Of a stretch of 64,000 nt of DNA, positions 57,590-64,000 are shown one piece after another. The translations under genes and the position numbers were made by a program. A model generated the notes under the pieces. That model had not been told where the DNA came from and did not search any database. It saw only the letters and a list, made by a program, of their open reading frames with translations. The first letter of the stretch is position 1; every line of letters begins with the position of its first letter. This stretch comes from Bacillota bacterium (lineage in GTDB: Bacteria; Bacillota; Sulfobacillia; RBS10-35; JAJYVN01): the NCBI GenBank assembly GCA_021803205.1, contig JAJZMB010000053.1, positions 13,837 through 77,836 on the forward strand. Reading direction: 5' to 3'.

Positions 57590-58534
57590 TTGCGGCTCCG
57601 CCAGCTCCTGGCCCAGGAGCTTGCCGCCGGCTTCGGTACGCACCATGAGGACCCGGTCGTCCAGCAACTGGCGGGTCTGCGGCGGATCGGCGCCGCAGTG
57701 TACGATCTGGAGCAGGAATTGCAGGCTGCCGAAGCGGCCGGAGGCAAGGACCTGCGGCGTGCCCGCTGCTACTTCGCCGCGGGCGAAACGCTCGTCACGT
57801 TCGCGGACGCCTTCGTCCTGGATGCGTTCACCGACCCGAAGCACCCCCGCCACATTGCGCACGTGACCTTCCTGCAGGCTCAAGCCTTCTACCTGAAGAT
57901 TCCCGACCTTGTGACCGCCGTGCGCCAAGAAATCGCCTACCCCGGTGCCGCCCGGGTCAAGCTCCCCGTGTTGCCCGGACCGCGGTTCGAGACCGAGCGC
58001 TGTCCGCTGGAACACATGCTGGCGATGCAGCGCGCCGCGACCAAGGTGGAGGAACTGATCGGCACCCGGATCGAATCCGTGCGCATACACAGCGCCGGAG
58101 CCGAGCCCCACGGGTTGCGCTCGGCCGTGCTGGCCATGGCGGCCGCCAAAACCAAGTGCGCCGCAGCAGACCAGGTCATCGGCGCCCTGCGCCGGGGAGA
58201 GCGGGTACCCGCCGAGACCCACGAGGAAGCGGAGGCCTTCTACTACGACGGCGTGCTGCGCCAGTACCTGTACGCGGCTCAGGAACTGGAACTGGCCGGC
58301 GTGACGGCCGCAGCGCCGCTGACGGAAGAGGCTCCGGAGGAATCGCCGCCGCCGATCCCGCTGCGCCCGCAACAGCCGCCACCGGAACGATGGCCGCAGC
58401 AGGGCGGCTGGTCCGGCGGCGGCATCGGTCTCGGGCAACTCATCACAGCCGACATCGTCGGCAACCTCGTCGGCGACCTGCTGGGCGGCCTCTTCGGGGG
58501 CGGCGGGAACTGGAGTGGTCGCAACTGGTGGTAG
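57590..58534 (+). CDS. hypothetical protein with Pro-rich linker and Gly-zipper/Trp tail
   Basis: TTG 57590 lies 9 nt after AAAGGGGA. Helical body, then PPPIPLRPQQPPPERWPQQ, then GGWSGGGIGLGQLITADIVGNLVGDLLGGLFGGGGNWSGRNWW. Confidence 0.55.
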   Translation: MRLRQLLAQELAAGFGTHHEDPVVQQLAGLRRIGAAVYDLEQELQAAEAAGGKDLRRARCYFAAGETLVTFADAFVLDAFTDPKHPRHIAHVTFLQAQAFYLKIPDLVTAVRQEIAYPGAARVKLPVLPGPRFETERCPLEHMLAMQRAATKVEELIGTRIESVRIHSAGAEPHGLRSAVLAMAAAKTKCAAADQVIGALRRGERVPAETHEEAEAFYYDGVLRQYLYAAQELELAGVTAAAPLTEEAPEESPPPIPLRPQQPPPERWPQQGGWSGGGIGLGQLITADIVGNLVGDLLGGLFGGGGNWSGRNWW

Positions 58535-58769
58535 CGGCGGCCGGTACCGGGACCACGCGCCCCCTGCCCGGACGGACCGGGCCGCGGCCGGGCAGGGGGC
58601 GGCAGCCGGACCTGTCCGGGCCCCAGACCCGGCCGCGGCCCGCGGCGGGGAGAGACCCGCGGTGGAAGGGCGAGGTGCCGCGGACCGGCGCGCTGTGGTC
58701 TTCGGCGACGGTGCCTGGTAGGGATGGGGGATTTCCGTGGAGCACACCGCGGAGCACGACGCCTCCCGC

Positions 58770-60161
58770 ATGACGCGCCGCGCCCAGCTCCGCCGGGGAG
58801 CGGCCGTGGCGGGCGCGCTGGCGTTCGGGTCCGCCCTGGCCGCCTGCGCCGGTCCCAGAGGACCCCGGGTCCGGCCGACCCCGACGGTGCCCCCCACGCG
58901 CCTGGTGGTCGACCTGAGCTATCAGGGGGCAGGGTCTTACGGCGGCGTGATCCAGGACCTGGTGGATAGTTACATCGCGCAAAACTTCTCCGCACGCCAC
59001 CGGGGGGTCGAGGTGCGGACCGTACCGGCGCCGCGACCATCTGTGGCCGGGACCCAGGGCGCCCCGGCCGTATCGACCCTCGACGCCTCAGGGGTGCCCA
59101 CCGACATCGGCGCGCAATTGGCGGCGATCATCGCCGGTAACGGGGCCGATGTGCTCACCGGTACCGGCTATGCCTTTGCCGCCTTCGTGGACAACGCCAT
59201 GCTTGCCCCCCTGGATCCGGTGGTCAGGGCGGCGGGCCTTGACCTGTCGGTCTTCGACCCCGGACACATCGCGATCCTGCGGCAACCCTCGGGCGGCCTC
59301 TACGGGCTGCCGGCGTTCGACGGTCCGGCCGTGGTCCTCTGCAACCTCACCCGCGTCTTGGCGCGTGGTCTGGCCCTACCGGGTCCCGACTGGACATCGG
59401 TCGAGGCGGCAGCGCTCTGGAGGGAGCTATCCGGTCAAAGCGGCGGCCGTCATCTCTGGGGCATGGCGCTCGACCTGCAGGACTACTTCCTCCACCTGTT
59501 CGGCGGCGAACTGATGAGCGCCGACGGCACGCGGTGCCTGCTCGACCAACCCCTGGTGGTGGAAGCGGCAAACTGGGTGGTGCCCCTCTACCAGCAGGGG
59601 GTCTGCGACGTGACAGCCACCGGTGCCGGCGCGGATGTGCGCGGCGGGTCGGCTGCATTCGGGATGACCGCCGGGCACAGCCTGCAGGCGGACCTGCTCG
59701 CGCTGGAAGGCCAGGGGATTGCCTGGGACTTTCTGCCGATGCCGTTGTTTCCAGGGGGTCGCAGGTCGACCTACAACAACGGAGACTGGTACGGGATCAA
59801 CGCTCGGAGCAAGCAGCCCGCGGACCTGCTCGGGGAACTCCTCAGCTTCATCGCGACGGATGCCGGACTCGCCCGCCTCCTGTTCCGCACGACGTTCGTC
59901 CCGCCCAACCAGCGCACCCTCTGGGCGGACTGGCTGGCGTCCGTGCGCGCCGCGGCACCCGTTCTGCAAAGCAAGCACATCGAGTACTTCGTGGAGGCGA
60001 TGGAGTACGGCTACTGCAACCATCGCTTCCGCTACCAACCATACGTCTGCGACCAGATTCTGGAGCGATGGATTATACGCATCTTTCTCGGCACCGTCAG
60101 CCCGGCGCTGGGCCTGGAACGCGCCACACAAGAGATCAACGCGCTACAGGCCCCGGCCTGA
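58770..60161 (+). CDS. ABC transporter substrate-binding lipoprotein (family 1) with Tat signal
   Basis: MTRRAQLRRGAAVAGALAFGSALAAC carries a twin-arginine motif plus a lipobox. No permease genes lie adjacent. Confidence 0.82.
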   Translation: MTRRAQLRRGAAVAGALAFGSALAACAGPRGPRVRPTPTVPPTRLVVDLSYQGAGSYGGVIQDLVDSYIAQNFSARHRGVEVRTVPAPRPSVAGTQGAPAVSTLDASGVPTDIGAQLAAIIAGNGADVLTGTGYAFAAFVDNAMLAPLDPVVRAAGLDLSVFDPGHIAILRQPSGGLYGLPAFDGPAVVLCNLTRVLARGLALPGPDWTSVEAAALWRELSGQSGGRHLWGMALDLQDYFLHLFGGELMSADGTRCLLDQPLVVEAANWVVPLYQQGVCDVTATGAGADVRGGSAAFGMTAGHSLQADLLALEGQGIAWDFLPMPLFPGGRRSTYNNGDWYGINARSKQPADLLGELLSFIATDAGLARLLFRTTFVPPNQRTLWADWLASVRAAAPVLQSKHIEYFVEAMEYGYCNHRFRYQPYVCDQILERWIIRIFLGTVSPALGLERATQEINALQAPA

Positions 60162-60232
60162 GGGGAAAACACGTGGGGCGGACCCGGCCAAGAGACCGAC
60201 CGCTCCCCCCTGTGACGAGCAGGCAGGCCACA

Positions 60233-60272
60233 TTGACGCAGCTTGATCATAGGGATATGCTGATATTCATAT
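60233..60272 (+). promoter_or_regulatory. promoter TTGACG-17-TATGCT overlapped by palindrome ATATGCTGATATTCATAT
   Basis: -35 at 60233-60238 and -10 at 60256-60261. An ATATG-N8-CATAT inverted repeat at 60255-60272 covers the -10 box. The site lies in an AT-rich island directly upstream of CMD2. Confidence 0.5.
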
Positions 60273-60292
60273 TATGCCGAGGAGGGACTCCA

Positions 60293-60565
60293 ATGGACGA
60301 CAGGACCCGGGAGCTTGTCTCGGTGGCGGCTTCCGTTGCGGCTGGCTGCCAGGACTGCCTGCGGCAGCACGTGGCCGCGGCGCGCCGCCTCGGCGTGACG
60401 ACGGACCAGTTGCACGCGACCATCGATATCGCCCGCGCGGTTCGCCTCACTGTGAGCCTCGGCATGGATGCGTTCAGCGATGCCGCTCTGCAGGACGGCG
60501 AACTCGCGGTGGTCTCGGCGGGGTGCGGCTGCGGTCCCGATTGCGGCTGCCGGAAGGAAGCCTGA
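60293..60565 (+). CDS. carboxymuconolactone decarboxylase (AhpD-like) family protein, copy 2, with Cys-rich tail
   Basis: MDDRTRELVSVAASVAAGCQDCLRQHV (CxxC...H). C-terminal SAGCGCGPDCGCRKEA. GAGGAGGG lies 6 nt before the ATG. Confidence 0.8.
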   Translation: MDDRTRELVSVAASVAAGCQDCLRQHVAAARRLGVTTDQLHATIDIARAVRLTVSLGMDAFSDAALQDGELAVVSAGCGCGPDCGCRKEA

Positions 60566-60570
60566 GCTCA

Positions 60571-60893
60571 ATGGGGATTCGCGTCTTCGACCCGGAGCTG
60601 TGCTGCGTCAGCGGGGGATGCGAACCGGCGCCGGATCCCGCGCTGATCGGCTTCCAGCAGGTTGTGGAGCGCCTCAAGGCCGACGGAGCGGACGTGCAGC
60701 GCTACCAGCTCTCAGTTGGCAGCCCCAGGTATTCGTCGGTGCGCCGGCCGTAGACCGGCTCCTTTTGCAACGTCGGCCAGCAGCACTGCCGGTGGTGACC
60801 GTCGACGGCCGGATCGCCAGTGCCGGGGCCTACCCGACCTATGAGCAGCTGCCGGGGCAGCGCTGCACGGCAACCGTCGGCGCTGCCAGTTGA
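60571..60893 (+). pseudogene. arsD: arsD paralog disrupted by a frameshift
   Basis: Frame 1 reads MGIRVFDPELCCVSGGCEPAPDP...VQRYQLS and stops at 60753. The ArsD-like remainder WQPQVFVG...LPVVTVDGRIASAGAYP continues in another frame to 60893. The switch occurs at CTCTCA, 60709-60714. Confidence 0.75.
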
Positions 60894-60973
60894 GCAGCAT
60901 CGTCGTGTCCGGCACCGATTCCCAACTGGCCCGCAGCCGTCCGCACGGTCGGCTGCGCCGAGGAGGTGTTCCT

Positions 60974-61855
60974 GTGGCGCGCCACCTGTTCTTTTCCGGC
61001 AAGGGAGGCGTCGGCAAGACGTCCCTTGCCTCGGCGACGGCGGTCCGGCTGGCCGACGCGGGATTGCGGACCCTGCTGGTGACGACGGATCCGGCCTCGA
61101 ACCTGGCCGACGTGTTCGAACAGGAGATCGGCCCGAAGCCGCGGCCGATCTCCGCCGTACCCGGACTGGAGGCACAGGAGATCGACGCGGCGGCAGCGGC
61201 GCGCATCTATCGAGACAAGGCCCTGGCGCCCCTGCGCGGCCTGCTGCCCGAGGAGATGCTCCGCACAGTGGAGGAGCAGATGGGCGGCCCTTGCACAGTC
61301 GAGATCGCGGGGTTTGACGAGTTCATCACCTGCCTGCTGGACGGAGATTACAACCGCGTCGTCTTCGATACGGCGCCCACTGGGCACACGCTGCGGCTGC
61401 TCGGGTTGCCGGCCGCGTGGTCGCTGCACATCGAAGACAGCGCGCAGGGCACTGGACAGACCTGCATCGGCCCCGTTGACCAGTTGCAGACATCCAAGGA
61501 GCAATATGCCGAGGCCATGCGTCGCCTGCGCGACGCGGAAGACACCCTGTTCGTCTTCGTCTCCCAGCCGGAGCGCACCGCGGTGCAGGAGACGCTGCGT
61601 GCCTCTCAGGAACTGGCGGCGCTCGGGATGTCCAACCAGCGCCTCTACATCAACGCCGTGATTCCGGAGGAGGCGGCCGAGCACCCCTTCTTCCGTTCGA
61701 GACGGGAGATGCAGCGCGCAGCGGTCGGAGATCTCCTGGCCGGCTTCCCCGGCCCGGCGGACGAGGTCCCGCTTCTGCAGGAGGAGATCAAAGGAGTTCG
61801 GCTGCTGCGCGAGCTCGGGAAGTGGGTGACCGCCGATGTCTGCGCCGTCCGTTGA
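60974..61855 (+). CDS. arsA: arsenite-stimulated ATPase ArsA, N-terminal (A1) half as a separate ORF
   Basis: FFSGKGGVGKTS, DTAPTGHTLRLL, GGPCTVEIAGFDEF. GTG 60974 lies 7 nt after GAGGAGG. Confidence 0.9.
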   Translation: MARHLFFSGKGGVGKTSLASATAVRLADAGLRTLLVTTDPASNLADVFEQEIGPKPRPISAVPGLEAQEIDAAAAARIYRDKALAPLRGLLPEEMLRTVEEQMGGPCTVEIAGFDEFITCLLDGDYNRVVFDTAPTGHTLRLLGLPAAWSLHIEDSAQGTGQTCIGPVDQLQTSKEQYAEAMRRLRDAEDTLFVFVSQPERTAVQETLRASQELAALGMSNQRLYINAVIPEEAAEHPFFRSRREMQRAAVGDLLAGFPGPADEVPLLQEEIKGVRLLRELGKWVTADVCAVR

Positions 61856-62762
61856 GCGGTCGCTTCTGCTGGGAGAAAACGGACGCCGCCTGTTCTTCGC
61901 GGGCAAGGGCGGCGTCGGCAAGACCACGCTGGCTGTCGCCACAGCCGTCGAGTCTGCCACGGGCGGCCGGCGGACGCTGCTTTTGACGACCGATCCGGCC
62001 GCGCACATCGGAGCCGTCCTGGAATGCCCGGTAGCTGACGAGCCCGGACCGGTGCCCGGCGTCTGCGGTCTTTGGGCCGCCCGCATCGACCCGCGGCATG
62101 AGGCCGAGCGCTACAAGGAGCAGGTGCTGACCGAGGCGCGGCAGCGCTACGCCCCGGATACGGTACAGCGCATGGCCGAGGAACTGAACTCCCCCTGCAC
62201 CGAGGAGATTGCTGTCTTCCGCCGGTTCCTGGCGTACCTGCTCTCCGATACCTATCCGGTCGTGGTCTTCGACACGGCGCCCACTGGGCACACCCTGCGG
62301 CTGCTGGAGCTTCCCCTCAGCTACAGCCAGCAACTCGCCGTGAAGGTCCATGGCTCCGAAGAGAGCGCTGCGGTCGACCGGCGGGAGGCGGCGCGGCTGC
62401 AGCAGGCGCTGGCGCTGCTCAGGGACCCGTCGCGCACGGTGTTTTCCTTCGTCGTCTATCCGGAGGCGACGCCGCTCGCGGAGGCGGAGCGCGCCGCAGC
62501 CGATCTGCGAGGGATCGGGCTGCAGACCGCGCTGGTGGTGGTCAATCAGGTATTGCCGCAGGAGGTGTGTGTCCACCCCCTCTTTCGGAAACGCTTCCAG
62601 ATGCAGCAGCGCTATCTGCGGGAGATCGCAGCGCGGTTCCCCGGCGCGGAGGTACGCAGCGCCCCCCTGCAGGAGCGGGATGTGGTGGGTCTGGATGCCG
62701 TGCGGCACCTGGCGGCGGCGGTGTTCTCGCGGCAGCCCGTCGCTTCTGACGCCGGCACCTGA
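61836..62762 (+). CDS. arsA: arsenite-stimulated ATPase ArsA, C-terminal (A2) half as a separate ORF
   Basis: FFAGKGGVGKTT, DTAPTGHTLRLL, SPCTEEIAVFRRF. It overlaps the A1 ORF by 20 nt in a different frame. Confidence 0.9.
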   Translation: MSAPSVERSLLLGENGRRLFFAGKGGVGKTTLAVATAVESATGGRRTLLLTTDPAAHIGAVLECPVADEPGPVPGVCGLWAARIDPRHEAERYKEQVLTEARQRYAPDTVQRMAEELNSPCTEEIAVFRRFLAYLLSDTYPVVVFDTAPTGHTLRLLELPLSYSQQLAVKVHGSEESAAVDRREAARLQQALALLRDPSRTVFSFVVYPEATPLAEAERAAADLRGIGLQTALVVVNQVLPQEVCVHPLFRKRFQMQQRYLREIAARFPGAEVRSAPLQERDVVGLDAVRHLAAAVFSRQPVASDAGT

Positions 62763-63026
62763 GTAACTCGCGGCCGGCGTGGGTAAGCGTACGGTTGTCC
62801 TGTTCCCGTCCGTGCCGGCGCCGGCCGCCTTGGCGGCCCGGCGCGCCGCCGGCGATGCGGACGGCCAGGGCTATCTGCTTTCGCGTCGCCCCGATTGATA
62901 ATGGCAATTAGTGCCATCTTGCGTCGGCGCCAACACGGTGGTCCCCTCTTCGGAAACATCAAGGGGCGAACGGCCGAAGCCTGAGGGTACTGCAAGAACG
63001 GAGTCTGGCAGCACCCTCTCCGGGGC

Positions 63027-63659
63027 TCAAGCGTCGCGTCGTAAGATCCGGACCCTCGGCCGGCGCAGCAACAGGGCGCCGAAAAGCAGCAGCAGGGCGC
63101 CGGCGATGCCGGTGAGCGGGCCGCCGCCGGTCTTCGGCAGTTGTGCGGCGGTGGCCGTCGCGCCTGTACCCAGTGCCTTTTCGAGCGCCGCGGCGGAGGC
63201 AGGCGCCACCGTCGTGCTCACGGAGGTGACCAGACCGCCACTCACCGTGGCCGTACCGTCGAGCACCACGTCGGTGACGCCCAGGGTCTGCAGCGCGGGA
63301 TTGGACAGATCCGCAGTGAATGTGACGGTGTCCCCGCTGACTGCCGGCGTCCCGACCAGCTTGAGCGCGATGTGGGCCGCCTGCTCCTGGGCCAGAAGCG
63401 CTCCCACCGCCGCGATCCCCGAGGCCGAGAGTGGGAACTTGGGCGGATAGGCCTGGGCCGGACCGGCCGTCCACTTGACGGTCGGCGCCAACAGGGCGCC
63501 GGCGGCCTTGGTGTTCCCCGCGGCAATCGCGGTCATCAGATTCGCGAAGACGGTCGCCGGATTACTCGCCGCCGCCATGGCGGACGGCGCCGCGAGAAGC
63601 AGGGAGAGGGCCATGGCCGCCGGAACGAAGCCACGAGGCGATCTGCGGATCAAGTGCAA
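63027..63659 (-). CDS. LPXTG-anchored cell-wall surface protein
   Basis: Signal peptide AAMALSLLLAAPSAMAAAS. C-terminal LPKTGG, a hydrophobic segment and RRPRVR form a sortase sorting signal. Confidence 0.8.
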   Translation of the reverse strand: MHLIRRSPRGFVPAAMALSLLLAAPSAMAAASNPATVFANLMTAIAAGNTKAAGALLAPTVKWTAGPAQAYPPKFPLSASGIAAVGALLAQEQAAHIALKLVGTPAVSGDTVTFTADLSNPALQTLGVTDVVLDGTATVSGGLVTSVSTTVAPASAAALEKALGTGATATAAQLPKTGGGPLTGIAGALLLLFGALLLRRPRVRILRRDA

Positions 63660-64000
63660 CCCCCCTTAGAAGTCCCAGCGCCAAAGCGAGTCGCGACGCC
63701 ATTGCACACGGATTGGCGTCCATAGGCGGGCCGGGATTGTCCACCTGGTGTGAATTGGTTCGACAGGGCCTGAACGGTTCCTGCCTCGATACGGAACGAA
63801 TCGGGGCCTGGATCGGCGATGCACCGGAATTCCCGGCACGGTATGATCCCGGGGGGAGCCGCTGGGGATCCCCCGGCGAGGCCGGCAAGCGGGCACGCCG
63901 GGCGACCCGCCTTCAGGCCCGCGCCAGCCGGCCGGATGAGCCGGCACGAGAAGCCGTTACTGGGGGCGAGGCCGGTGTTCCGCGCCGCTTGTGCCGCCGC

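Noticed and set aside
62901-62917. Sigma-54 promoter or Xer dif site interpretation of ATGGCAATTAGTGCCAT.
   Set aside because: The GG-to-GC spacing is 10 nt rather than the 12 nt of TGGCAC-N5-TTGC. The similarity to dif (..ATAATGTATATTATGT..) is limited to ATAATG.

Overview
This is a 64-kb window of about 70% GC bacterial chromosome, densely coding. GGAGG-type Shine-Dalgarno sites and many 4-nt ATGA/GTGA gene overlaps are visible. Several features suggest a high-GC Gram-positive (Firmicutes/Limnochordia-like) organism, though this is inference only: an LPXTG sortase substrate, a pyruvate kinase with a PEP-utilizer tail, and a Rieske/cytochrome b6-type menaquinol:cytochrome c reductase.

Most of the content is housekeeping:
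- pyrK-thiM-pyrD
- a gntK-tkt-tal-zwf-pgl pentose-phosphate operon plus a second zwf
- pyk, acs, mutY, a PduO-type adenosyltransferase, iscA, ferredoxin, ctaA, qcrA and a fused qcrBC
- an OmpR/histidine-kinase pair
- a PspA/PspAA plus HtpX/PspAB envelope-stress module
- a sulfatase, oxidoreductase and amidase cluster

No tRNA, rRNA, CRISPR array, transposase or recognisable defence genes were seen.

The parts that ordinary annotation does not explain are:
1. Three families of dispersed, hairpin-closed intergenic repeats that share a GGACTTT(T)GCCG motif. They include a 183-nt element with 94/103 identity between two loci.
2. Two paralogous AhpD/CMD-like + ArsD modules, one followed by a split ArsA. 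Both sit behind similar ATAT-N10-ATAT operators, and no arsenite pump, ArsC or ArsR lies in the window. One arsD is frameshifted. The other is a low-GC cassette nested in remnants of an older arsD.
3. A translationally coupled operon of two diverged thymidylate-kinase-like proteins (one with a P-loop Lys-to-Arg change), an HD protein and Ppx/GppA.

All calls rest on manual reading of the ORF track and sequence. Start codons are inferred from SD spacing. No database search was possible.
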